Source: Octopus bimaculoides (Eukaryota). From it: a DNA stretch of 55,594 nucleotides. Location: assembly GCF_001194135.2 (NCBI RefSeq), contig NC_068984.1, positions 50,192,436 to 50,248,029 on the forward strand, in the 5' to 3' direction. A program made the position numbers and the translations under genes. A model generated the notes under the pieces. That model saw only the letters and a program-made list of their open reading frames with translations, did not search any database and had not been told where the DNA came from. Below are positions 25,473 to 37,926 of the stretch, in pieces; position 1 is the stretch's first letter; each line of letters begins with the position of its first letter.

Positions 25473-25943
25473 GTGGAGGCGCAATGGCCCAGGGGTTAGG
25501 GCAGCGGACTCGCGATCGTAGGATCGTGGTTTCGATTCCCAGACCGGGCATTGTGGGTGTTTATTGAGCAAAAATGCCTAAAGTTCCACGACGCTGTATT
25601 TTTTCACCACCACTTTCTCTCACCCTTTCTTCCTGATTCTGGTATACCTGTATTTCAAAGCGCCAGCCTTGTCACACTCTGTGCCACGCTGAATCTTCCA
25701 GAGAACTACGTTAAGGGTACACGTGTGTGTGGAGTGCTCAACCACTTGCACGTTAATAAATGAGCTGCGACGTCACTGGTGCGACGTCAGCCTTTGCCTT
25801 TCTCTTGGTAACATCGGTGGCGTGGGGAGGGGAGGTAAGCATGGGCAACTGCTGGTCTTCCATAAACAAATTTGCCCAGACTTGTGCCTCGGAAGGTAAC
25901 TTTCTAGGTGCAATCCCATCGTCATTCATGACCGAAGGGGGTC
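25473..25943 (+). mobile_element. Chimeric tRNA-headed SINE (head + body E + body B)
   Basis: A-box-like TGGCCCAGGGG and B-box GGTTTCGATTCC. 25645-25757 matches the 27.8-27.9 kb body; 25758-25943 matches family B. Confidence 0.85.
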
Positions 25944-26043
25944 ACGACACAATATATGCGCACACATAGATACAGATATAGATATTCAAGTACACGATAT
26001 ACATAAATATACATATAACCATGTATCTATGTATATAGTAGCA

Positions 26044-26310
26044 GGCATAGATCTGTGGTTAACAACCTCCCTTTCTAATCAGGATCAGTCTTGGCCTATG
26101 CATCTTCCACTGTAAAACCAAGCCAAGAGATGCCTTAAGTAAATTTTGTTGACAGAAACTGTGTGAAAGACGGTCGTAAATAGTTGGTCTTTCTGTTTGC
26201 GTTTTCAGCAACCATCGCTTGACAACTGGTGTCAGTTTATTTACTTATCTGTAAAACCAATGGTTCGTCAATAGAGTTCGATAGAAGAAGTATCAGATTT
26301 TCAGAAATAT
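26044..26310 (+). mobile_element. SINE family A, highly diverged
   Basis: CATCGCTTGACAAC and GGTTCG..AA.AGAG..CGATAGAA.AAGTA anchors are colinear with family A. Confidence 0.6.
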
Positions 26311-26805
26311 TGCGCACACAATATTGTATGCCTTTGTTGATGGATATCGGTGTTATGTATCGGTTGATGTGTGTCGGTGTAATGAGTTGCAAACCTTTAC
26401 ACTAAAAGATAACTTAACCGATCACTAGAGGTCGGTAAAATAAATGCCAGATTAATATATGTACTGGATTACCTATGATCAACTAAATCTTTTCAGGACT
26501 TTCCCTTCCCCCTGCCGCCATGGCCTGACACCCATTATTGTAATCACTAAGAAAGTTAAAGAGAATATGTCTGTATAAATGAGTGCTTGCGTGTCTGTGT
26601 ATGTGTGTATACGTGTATGTATGTTTGCATGCGTGTTCCCGACCGCTCCCGAATGACAATCAATTATGGGTATATGTATATATACTTGTATATTTGGATT
26701 ACTTGTGCATAAAAACATGCTCAATTCTTATTTCTGCAGTTGTTATTCAACCTGTCATAAATTAACCATCCCACTATACGTAATATCACATTGCCACCGG
26801 CTCAA

Positions 26806-27000
26806 GGCGGCGAGCTAGAAGAAAGTTAGCACGTCGGGCGAAATGCTTAGCGGTAATTCTTCTGTATTCAGGTTCTGAGTTCAAATTCTGGCGAGGTCGA
26901 CTTTTCGGGGTCGATAAATTAAGTACCAGTTGCGTACTGGGGTCGATCTAATCAACTGGCCCCTTCCTCCAAAACTTCGGGACTTATGCCTAGAGTAGAA
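26806..27000 (+). mobile_element. SINE family C with diverged target-site duplication
   Basis: Full head and body. Flanks ATCACATTGCCACCGGCTC (26785-26803) and ATCACATTGCTACAGGTTC (27004-27022) match at 16 of 19 positions. Confidence 0.9.
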
Positions 27001-27703
27001 CAGATCACATTGCTACAGGTTCTCACTCACTTCAATCTGTTTTGTTTATAAGGAAGTGAATTACTTCCTTGCCGATACAGACTATTAATTACTCGGTTAA
27101 AATCTCGTACGTGATATGATACATATCTGAAAAACGATTGTCATCACTTTTCTAATTGAGAAATTGTGGGATAGTGAACCTTAGTGGAGTGGAATAAAAT
27201 TAATAGCAGGGATTACTCAGTGATAGAAGTTTCACTTTATGCCTGCCTGACTCTTTCTCCCATAATATCCATCTCTGTAATGTTTTTTTAATGTTCTTGG
27301 CCTTCTTATATATTCACATATGCATAAATGCTTTTGCCCTATACATATATATNNNNNNNNNNNNNNNNNNNNNNNNNNNNNNNNNNNNNNNNNNNNNNNN
27401 NNNNNNNNNNNNNNNNNNNNNNNNNNNNNNNNNNNNNNNNNNNNNNNNNNNNNNNNNNNNNNNNNNNNNNNNNNNNNNNNNNNNNNNNNNNNNNNNNNNN
27501 NNNNNNNNNNNNNNNNNNNNNNNNNNNNNNNNNNNNNNNNNNNNNNNNNNNNNNNNNNNNNNNNNNNNNNNNNNNNNNNNNNNNNNNNNNNNNNNNNNNN
27601 NNNNNNNNNNNNNNNNNNNNNNNNNNNNNNNNNNNNNNNNNNNNNNNNNNNNNNNNNNNNNNNNNNNNNNNNNNNNNNNNNNNNNNNNNNNNNNNNNNNN
27701 NNN

Positions 27704-27996
27704 GATATTCGGCTCGAGAACGTAAGCCGTGAGTTCAATTCCCGGCGGCGTGTTGTGTCCCTGACCAAGACACTTTATTTTCGCGTTGATCCTGTTCACC
27801 CAGCTGACAGAAATGAGTAGTATCTGTATTTCAAAGGGCCAACCGTGCGACATCCTTTCTCACGTTGAATCTCACTGATAACTACATTAAGAGTACGCGT
27901 GTCTGTGGCGTGCTCAGCTCCTTGCACGTTAATTTCACGAGCAGGCTGTTCCATTCATCGAATCAACTGAAATCGGCGTCGTCGTGACTTACGGAG
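27704..27996 (+). mobile_element. tRNA-headed SINE with body E (5' end in gap)
   Basis: B-box GAGTTCAATTCC and TTGTGTCC.TGA.CAAGACACTTTATTT, then a body shared with 25645-25757. Confidence 0.8.
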
Positions 27997-28695
27997 AGCT
28001 GAAAAAAAAATACACTTCAAAAATATTAATAATACATTTGTCTACAAAAGCGTTATAATAAGCAATTCTACAAATGGACAAGGTGGTTATTTTTTTACCG
28101 CCAAATAATGTAAGGGGGTATCCCACATATTCTTTCTTCGTAATTCAGACGACGAGTAAGGATCGGAAATGCTGGATCCCTTCTCAAGGCAATTAAGCTA
28201 ATCAATGTCTTCTATAAATTATCCTATCGATTAAATGCCAGTGATGAAGACCATCGGATTCCAGATTTTGCTCAATGAATACAATATATGATGAGATGGA
28301 AAATTGATGGATCGAAATAATTTATAATAGAAGAGAAGGGAGGCAGTTTAATTTAGTTAAGCAATGACCTTTGACTTCATTTGAGATAACCAGTTATCAG
28401 ATAAGAGGCTTCTCATCACATGCTGACCTCCTTGCCTTGACCCAGAACTTGCTTTAATAAGTTCCAGAAACGTCTATTTTAATTCCGCTCAGAACTCTGG
28501 CACCAGAATATGTTTCTATGCTTGTATGTATGTATGTATGTATGTATGTATGTATGTGCGTGTATGTATTTGTGTATATATCCACATGTTAAGCATGTAT
28601 GTATGGTTATATGTACGCTTATATATATATTATGGATGTGTATAAGCTACACGCACATATATATGTAGGAGAAATACATATACTGTATCTATATG

Positions 28696-28730
<35 letters not shown>

Positions 28731-29207
28731 NNNNNNNNNNNNNNNNNNNNNNNNNNNNNNNNNNNNNNNNNNNNNNNNNNNNNNNNNNNNNNNNNNNNNN
28801 NNNNNNNNNNNNNNNNNNNNNNNNNNNNNNNNNNNNNNNNNNNNNNNNNNNNNNNNNNNNNNNNNNNNNNNNNNNNNNNNNNNNNNNNNNNNNNNNNNNN
28901 NNNNNNNNNNNNNNNNNNNNNNNNNNNNNNNNNNNNNNNNNNNNNNNNNNNNNNNNNNNNNNNNNNNNNNNNNNNNNNNNNNNNNNNNNNNNNNNNNNNN
29001 NNNNNNNNNNNNNNNNNNNNNNNNNNNNNNNNNNNNNNNNNNNNNNNNNNNNNNNNNNNNNNNNNNNNNNNNNNNNNNNNNNNNNNNNNNNNNNNNNNNN
29101 NNNNNNNNNNNNNNNNNNNNNNNNNNNNNNNNNNNNNNNNNNNNNNNNNNNNNNNNNNNNNNNNNNNNNNNNNNNNNNNNNNNNNNNNNNNNNNNNNNNN
29201 NNNNNNN

Positions 29208-29238
<31 letters not shown>

Positions 29239-29603
29239 GTACTTTATTACGTACATGCGCATTTTATTACATATTCAGACAGAAGCACTTAGACACAGAC
29301 GCACACCACGCGCGCACACACACACACACAACACGCACACACACAAACACACAAGCAACCACAGGCACATATACACGCAGAGGCCATTTGAAATTAACTT
29401 TAGCATTTAGATTACATATTCTTTACTTTCTTTCAATTTTGCTTTTGTATCTTTTTATTACTATAATTCCTAATTCATTGTAAATACATATGTACATACA
29501 TGTATGTGTGTGTGCGCGCGTGTACATGTGTGTATACATTTCTATTTTTCTTTCTATACATACAGACATACATATACATACACTCATGCAAACACATACA
29601 CGC

Positions 29604-29649
<46 letters not shown>

Positions 29650-29940
29650 TAATCAAGGATAAAATCAATATTGGATTTTATCAAATAGCTACCAAGTAAA
29701 GAATAATTTAAGTTAAAATTAATACTAAGTATTTAATTTTATAAATATAATTATAAAATCAAATACTTTGTACATACACACACACACACAAACAAATTAG
29801 TGTATAGAAATACCAGCTTGCTAGAAATAGGAGTCAACACCCCAAAGCCTATATATTTCGCCTTTTCAGCTTCAACTTCCTGGCCACTTTATTATTGTTA
29901 TTTTTAATAATGGTAATAATACTTTATTATACATATATAT

Positions 29941-30210
29941 GTGGAGGCGCGTGACTTAGTGGTTAGGGTGCCCGCATCATGATCATAAGATTGTGGTTTC
30001 GATTCCTGGACCGGGCGACGCGTTGTGGTGTTGTGTTCTTGAGCAAAGCACTTCATTTCACGTTACCCCAGTCCACTCAGCTGGCAAAAATGAGTAACGC
30101 TGCGATGGACTGGCGTCCCGTCCAGCGGGGGAACACATATGCCATAGAAACCGGGAAACGGGGCCCATGAGCCTGGCTAGGCTTTAAAAGGGCGCATTTA
30201 TTTATTTATT
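29941..30210 (+). mobile_element. tRNA-headed SINE with V-domain-like body
   Basis: A-box-like TGACTTAGTGG, B-box GGTTTCGATTCC, central CTGCGATGGACTGGCGTCCCGTCCAG and an (ATTT)n tail. Confidence 0.85.
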
Positions 30211-30231
30211 TTATACATATATATATATATA

Positions 30232-30520
30232 TATATTGTATTAGTTCTTGGTATAATTCAACAAAGAGAGCATTCCATCTGGTGTGAGTCAAATATTTCT
30301 GTTCAAAGATCACAATACATATCTTCGGGCACTTCTAATAGCTTCACGTGTCTGAAAATCCAGACACAGGTCTGCGCCTGAAGAATGTGTTTGGCTTTTC
30401 ATACACGTAAAACTGCTAATAGCGCCCGAAGATATGTATTTTGATCCTTAAACAAATATCTGACTCTCACCAGATAGAGTACTCTCTTTGTTGAATTATA
30501 CCAAGAACCAATGCATTATA
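30232..30520. mobile_element. Palindromic MITE / foldback element
   Basis: Two ~135-bp arms about 85% reverse-complementary around a 17-bp spacer (GGTCTGCGCCTGAAGAA), with TA at the ends. A partial second copy lies at 30659-30741. Confidence 0.8.
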
Positions 30521-30743
30521 CACCTCGCAAAGTCGGCTTTATTCTACAAACTCAATTATTATATAATTGGTATGAATGCCTTGGCAAGTTGAGTGTCTCT
30601 AAAGATTCAACCAAACTACAGAGTAGTATGGATTTATACCACATCGATTATTCTATTAGGGTCTGCGTCTGTGGAACGTGTTTGGATTTTCAGACACTTG
30701 AAATTATTGGTAGTACCCGAATATATGTATTGTGATCCTTGGC

Positions 30744-30779
<36 letters not shown>

Positions 30780-30873
30780 TTAAAAAAAAGACAAAAAACA
30801 ATAACTAAAAACAACAACATGAGGACGATATACGGATAGTGTTATTAGACGCTCGGGAAAGGAAAGAGAGAGA

Positions 30874-30908
30874 CTATGATGTTTCGGGCGGAGCCCTTCG
30901 TCGGAAAC
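30874..30908 (-). ncRNA. Minimal hammerhead ribozyme-like motif (decayed)
   Basis: Minus strand TTT-CCGACGA-A-GGGC-TCC-GCCC-GAAA-CA-TC. Stem II is 4 bp; U4C change, CG->CA in the stem III loop and a weak stem I. Confidence 0.55.
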
Positions 30909-32127
30909 AAGGAAAGTTCAAAGAATGGAAAAACGGAGGAAGAAAAAATCGGCACCGATGCCCACGAGGCTACATATATATANNNNNNNNNNNNNNNNNN
31001 NNNNNNNNNNNNNNNNNNNNNNNNNNNNNNNNNNNNNNNNNNNNNNNNNNNNNNNNNNNNNNNNNNNNNNNNNNNNNNNNNNNNNNNNNNNNNNNNNNNN
31101 NNNNNNNNNNNNNNNNNNNNNNNNNNNNNNNNNNNNNNNNNNNNNNNNNNNNNNNNNNNNNNNNNNNNNNNNNNNNNNNNNNNNNNNNNNNNNNNNNNNN
31201 NNNNNNNNNNNNNNNNNNNNNNNNNNNNNNNNNNNNNNNNNNNNNNNNNNNNNNNNNNNNNNNNNNNNNNNNNNNNNNNNNNNNNNNNNNNNNNNNNNNN
31301 NNNNNNNNNNNNNNNNNNTATACAATTTTAAAATAGGATAAAATCTTTATAAGAATTTATCAAGTAGTCTGCGTGAAAAACCTCATGAAGGAAAAATTAT
31401 TAATTATTCCCTTTAAATATATATATTTATATTAAGAGCATTACTATACATAATTGCCTCACATTACGAGGGACTCTTAAAGTCAAAACTACCATTCTAC
31501 CGAACGCGAGGGAATGCAACTCTCGAAGCGAGCACCTTAAAAACGATGACAAGCGGTGAAATAAATATATCCACCCCTGATACCGCCTGACATTTTATGC
31601 AATAATAGTTTCACTGTACAATAAATTATTTTACATGTATGCATTATACAATACAATTTAATATTTACAAATACAAGTATATGCACACGTACAAATAAAT
31701 ATACGCACATATAAATATCTTAGCACAACAAATATATACATACAGGTTCATATAGTTGCATATTGATATAAACATATAGTTGGTCCATGATGCTATAAAG
31801 TAAACACTTCAATTAGAATGAATCTGCCAAACTGCATAAATCTAATGAATCATGCATAATAACAAAACTGAAATAACAACTAATACAAATTCAAATATGA
31901 GTACATAAAAGATACAGAATTATATATATGCAGAATTATATGTGATTTTAACTTTTTAATTTCATTTTTATTTCCTTATATGTAAACCCCAACACTTCAT
32001 GCCTGTCTTTGTACTGTCCCCCTTATCATTCGCCTTGATGGTGAATAAAAAACATCACCATCATCATCATCATCATCATCATCAACATCATCATCATCAT
32101 CATCATCATCATCACCATCATCATAAG

Positions 32128-32158
<31 letters not shown>

Positions 32159-32170
32159 TTTATTATCATT

Positions 32171-32782
32171 ATTGAGTGANNNNNNNNNNNNNNNNNNNNN
32201 NNNNNNNNNNNNNNNNNNNNNNNNNNNNNNNNNNNNNNNNNNNNNNNNNNNNNNNNNNNNNNNNNNNNNNNNNNNNNNNNNNNNNNNNNNNNNNNNNNNN
32301 NNNNNNNNNNNNNNNNNNNNNNNNNNNNNNNNNNNNNNNNNNNNNNNNNNNNNNNNNNNNNNNNNNNNNNNNNNNNNNNNNNNNNNNNNNNNNNNNNNNN
32401 NNNNNNNNNNNNNNNNNNNNNNNNNNNNNNNNNNNNNNNNNNNNNNNNNNNNNNNNNNNNNNNNNNNNNNNNNNNNNNNNNNNNNNNNNNNNNNNNNNNN
32501 NNNNNNNNNNNNNNNNNNNNNNNNNNNNNNNNNNNNNNNNNNNNNNNNNNNNNNNNNNNNNNNNNNNNNNNNNNNNNNNNNNNNNNNNNNNNNNNNNNNN
32601 NNNNNNNNNNNNNNNNNNNNNNNNNNNNNNNNNNNNNNNNNNNNNNNNNNNNNNNNNNNNNNNNNNNNNNNNNNNNNNNNNNNNNNNNNNNNNNNNNNNN
32701 NNNNNNNNNNNNNNNNNNNNNNNNNNNNNNNNNNNNNNACTGCATCCGGGCATAGCCACTGCCTGGTACTGCATCCGGGCAT
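32171..32782 (-). mobile_element. Family D element, mostly inside the gap
   Basis: Right of the gap, GCCACTGCCTGGTACTGCATCCGGGCAT matches 12343-12369. Left of the gap, ATTGAGTGA adjoins (ATT)n. (ATT)n runs lie on both sides. Confidence 0.55.
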
Positions 32783-32783
32783 A

Positions 32784-32825
<42 letters not shown>

Positions 32826-35800
32826 TACACATTCTGATCGCCATCGTCGTTGTTGTTGTTGTTGTTAGTAATGTTGGTGGCGGTGGTACTATTATTATAA
32901 TATTTATTAGGGAAAATGTTACAGTAAAACAATTACGCTAATGAGAACGTGAGAATTTTACATTATTGAATTCCTGCGGATAGTTTGTATCCAAAACGAA
33001 ATAAAGTGGCAAATCACATAACCTGTATCTCTGAGTTTTTTTTCAGTGGTCTTACATCTTTAATTAGATTCTCAGCAAGGCAATTGACATACCAGGATAA
33101 ATTAGGTAGGCGTTTGCAGTATCTTATTTCTTTGAACTTGTTTTGCTGATCGATCAAAATTTTTTATTACCTACACTAACATACCAAACATTTGTAAACT
33201 GGTTTAAGCATGGAGCAGCCGTAGTCTTACCTGCTGGCGTTCAATATTTGCTCGTTTCTTACTAGTTTTGATACACCATCTATGATCGTCTGATATACAA
33301 AATATTATGGGGGCGTTATCTCTAGCGTTTTAACGCTCTCAATTTATACGAGTGGTAAATGACTTGCACTGTTTAGTTAGGTTCGGACTTCAGAAACCTT
33401 CCTTAATTTGAATCACTAAAATAAATACCTTACACACTATCTCACTGATTATGCCCCCCCCCCCCAAAAAAAAACAAATAATAAGTGGTTTTGTGCTAAT
33501 TTAGTAGTGATTATATCTTAGTAACTGGTAAAGAACTTCAAAGCGAAAACAGTAGATCGGCAAAGAGTTTTTCAGTATTTCGTTGCTGTCTATTTACACT
33601 CTGAGGTGTAAGTGAATGCCGAGATGTATATCCCCAACAAGTTCCAAATGAGACATGCAGCGAGTAGTAGGTGTAAATGCAACCCAGTTTAACAGTGCCA
33701 CCAATCTTTTGCTGCCTTCCGTGGAAGCATTCAGACCATACCACCTCTGTTCACTACACCTTCATGATTTCTTTTTCTGCTATCATTGACTGGCAATATT
33801 CAGACAAACTATTACCAGGAAGATATATATTGGATCTGAACATCTTCCCATGATTAGTATATAAAAATACACTGCTTAGACTTCTGGATACATTCAATTT
33901 GCTATGATGTAACGCATACAGATAAACCCACAACTATCACAATATACAACCATCTCGGGCTGACAGAACTTTGAATTCTGATAAACTATAAATATTAATC
34001 TACAAACGTAATTGTTTCTTCGTTTATATACTGTAGGTCTTCCGGCTTTTATTACTTTGAACAAAGCTGCACTATACTATTTTGTCCAATCCAACCTACG
34101 TCTCTCCTCATCTTGGTACTCCAAATTTACACATCTCGGACCCAAATCACCACCAATAAGTTGTTTATCTGTCGCCACCACATAATTTCAGCTTTCTCAT
34201 CGTCCACTTTTTCCATGTCTAAACACTTAAAGTTGTAGACGTATAAGCTGAATGCTAGCTATGGAAATCGTCCAATCCAGGCGAGTCCCCGAAAGGAATC
34301 TACGACAACCCATTTCTTGTTCTTCTCCAATAAAAAATAATAACCACGTAAAGAAATTGAATTACCTTTATCTACAGTATTCCAAACCAAACCGGGAAAT
34401 TTATATTATCAGAAGCTTAAGCGTCACGTTTGTTTGTCTACTATATCTGTGGAGTTTTTGATGTGTCACAAAGTAAATAGGATACTTCTGAGGTCGTTCT
34501 TAATGTTTTAGATCGCTGAAGCCTACTAACTTTTATATGAATAATGCTTGTAATCTTTCTTCGACTACATAGTGTAAAGAAGGATCAAATTATATGAGCA
34601 TGACAACAAATATTAATAGAGAAACCACATTGAAACATCTAACTCCCGCAACTAGTAAGTAAGTATTCATAGAGTAAACGTCACTTCTTGGAAAATTTGT
34701 AATTGCATAATTTATAGACTAAAGTAATTAAATTTTGGAAAATAAAGTTTTTAAGAATTTTGTTTCGAAAAATTTGACAAGTAGGAAATATGACGTTTGA
34801 GAAACAGTTTACAATTTGTAAAACTGTACTGTGCTACAGAATGGAGATATGGAAAGTTGGAAGGTTTTTTTAGATTGATTAGTTATTTGTATCACAAATC
34901 TATTGCTATTTGCCTAATAAGATAATCGAGATAATCTTCTATTTCATGTTATTGTTTACATTAACAAGCAATATTTATCTATTTTGCTTGCATGCTTAGC
35001 GAACGTTTTGAAATTTTCGTGAATGGCAATATTGTGACAACTGGAGAGCAATGAATTGTAAATAGTAAACATATAACTGAAAAGATAATCTGGATATGTG
35101 CACGAAAATAGATTGTTACATGAAATACATATAAATAGTCAAATATGTCTAGAATGGATCTTTGTATGCGAGACATTTTGTTCATGTGGCTGTTGAAGCT
35201 CTCTATCAAATTTGACATCTGAGTGGCAAATTTATTTATGGATATGTAGTAACATATTTGACTCAGTGTAGGAAACACTGCTTAAAAAATTTTCCTTTTT
35301 GCAAAATGCCAGCATTTACCTTGAATCGTATATTTGATTATTTATTTGTCTATTGCTGAGACATTCCTAGATATATATTTTTATCCGCAATGTATTTCTC
35401 CATTCTTTTCAATGATAAATTAAAAACCTCTTTTGAATGTACACTTGTCGAAACGTTTGAGGAATGTGGTGAGTCTTACTGCTGTTCTCCCTGTAGAACA
35501 GCAGGAAATATTAAAAATAATATATCCGCTTATATAGAAACACTCTAAGAAAGCATGCTTATTTCAGGTACTTCAAGGAGTAAAATGCAATTAATGTAAG
35601 AACAACTAAGTTGAAATCGCGATCTTTCGGTTTTTTGAATCACATCTTTGAAGTTTTCTCCCCATCTCCAAAATAGAAATATAGGATGTGGATGCATATA
35701 TATCTATATACATGTGTGTGTGCACATGTGTGTGTTGATGATCTTGACTGAATATACATTTGTATATTGAGATTATTCATGTTTCGTAGTGTGAAACATA

Positions 35801-36214
35801 ATGAAATATCTGGTTAAGTACCACTCTTATGGACATCTCTAAAGTCGGTGACAAACACAGTAGTAGAAAACGACTACTATTCACAGTTTTGAATAAACTA
35901 TTGGGTTCGTTTTACTTGGAACTCTGTACAGGATCGGAAATGAAATGCCCTATTACTATATTTCTAAAGGCTTTAGTGAAGTACATAAAAGAAATTGAAC
36001 ACAACCCTGAAAGGAATCCTCAGCTCAATTAAACGCTTTCTGGTTATCTGTTTTATGGTGTTTCATCGTAATCCGTTATTGTCTGTTTCCAACAGTTTGA
36101 ATAGAAATGGATCGTCATCGTCGTGTTTTTTCTGCTGTTTTTATACATTCACTGAAATTTAAGCCTGCCTAGTTCTTGATATTCTCTGATCATGTAGTTC
36201 TTAGATTTTCACTA

Positions 36215-36660
36215 TCATCTTTTCTCATTTATGTCGCCTTCTACAATATGTCCCAGTGAACCATATTTTCTAATTAAGTGTCCAAAATACCTTAGCTTCC
36301 TTTTTTACGGTACTTCATAAAATATTCTCAGCTTTTATCATTCTTAGTATTTTAGCACTGGTTTCCTATTCTGCCCATGATATTCTCAAAAACCTTTCTA
36401 CACACCCTCATCCCAAAGGCTTCTAATCTGTTTGATAATACTATTGCTAAAGTCGATGTGTCAAATACATATAGAAGATGGGATCTGACATAACATTTTG
36501 ATAATATATTTCTAGCTTCAATATAAATATCGTGGTGTTAGCGTTGGGACATTTTCAAAGGACTTTTTAGCTCACTCAATCTTTCTTTGCTTTACATTTC
36601 CCGTTTTCCAATTGCATATATCTCATGTGTTTACTTTGTTATTACGGATCAATGATTTCA
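36215..36660 (-). mobile_element. RTE-clade LINE RT C-terminal remnant
   Basis: KCYVRSHLLY..RLEAFGMRVCRK..RISWAE..RKLRYFGHLIRK..IVEGDI, frameshifted, is typical of the RTE C-terminus. Confidence 0.75.
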
Positions 36661-36961
36661 TCAAGCTAGTTGGAGGAACTGCTTCATGGTTGATGAATCT
36701 GCAAAAAGAGCCAAATCATCTTAATGGTTCACCCTTTATTGTCCTAAAAATGCAGAGAAACATAAAGTAAATGTAGTCCCATATACATTATGTCCAAAAA
36801 TATTTTGATCATAGCCCTGCTAAATCATGGTGAACCTGGGGTTTAAAGAGCAGCAACAGCAGCTATAACGACAAAATAACATTTTCTGTGTAAACGCTAA
36901 ATGATACTAGGAGGCAAAACGGGGAGCGGTCATGTTAATTTCTGTATTAGATTCCTTCAAC

Positions 36962-37270
36962 ATGGACGCAACATTCAAAATACTGCCAAAATACTGCTTC
37001 GATTTACAAAGGATTATACTTAAGAATCTATACTTTCACGGAAGTACAGACCAACCTCCATACCCTCTGGAAGAAGATGAGCTGTGAACATTATTCCCCT
37101 GTCTGTATTCTTCTATCTACTATTTTACTCTTTATTCTTCTATCTACTATTTTATTCCTTTATAAACTGTGAATTCCCTATCTAGATATTTCATACACTG
37201 ATGACCGGATACCCAGTGTATGGATTTGATAACCTTCCACTTGGTATATCCCAGAAACAGCTGTAAGAAG
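36962..37270 (+). mobile_element. Penelope-like element 3' remnant with HHR-like motif
   Basis: DATFKILPKYCFDLQRIIL / ESILSRKYRPT (one frameshift) resembles GIY-YIG C-termini. An HHR-like motif follows on the same strand. Confidence 0.5.
37198..37265 (+). ncRNA. Hammerhead ribozyme-like motif (type I, degenerate stem I)
   Basis: CTGATGA-CCGGATA..TATCCCA-GAAA-CAGCTG-TA: intact core, palindromic stem III and a GUA triplet. Confidence 0.6.
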
Positions 37271-37883
37271 CCAATAATTAATTAATTAACTAATTAATTA
37301 GTTAATTACCTCAAATTCATCTTATTCTAAGTAAATATTTTAAATGACTTGAGATCTTCATCCTGCCTTGGTCTTGTTGTCCTTTTTTCTCTAATACACA
37401 CACACACACACACACACACATATTTGTTTTGCTATGTTGTAGGATTTTGATGTCGTATGGTGCTATCTTAGAGTTTCGTTTGTTGTGAAGTGGTTGTGCT
37501 ACGTTGTGAAAAATTGTGATAAATTTTTGGATGTTGGTATTTGACTCAGATGCACTGGTTATTTAGTTTTAAGCATTTTAAGTGTTGGACGTTGGTTGTT
37601 GCGAGGGTGTAATGTAATACATGAGTTGTCTTATTGCGACTGTATAGAAGGTGAAATGTGCCAGTTTATTGCGTTGTAGCATCGAACAGCGATTATTTGA
37701 GAGTTTGTATTCTATTATGTTGATGGAGATTGAATTTGAACAGAATATGTTGCATTATATGTTTGATAAGCGATTCCGTAGAATCTCTATGACATGTATT
37801 GTATTATTGTATTGGCTGGTTATTGAGTTAAGCAAGAATCGAGAATATAGGTGTGTGTATGTGCGTTTGTGTGTGCGTGTGTT

Positions 37884-37926
<43 letters not shown>

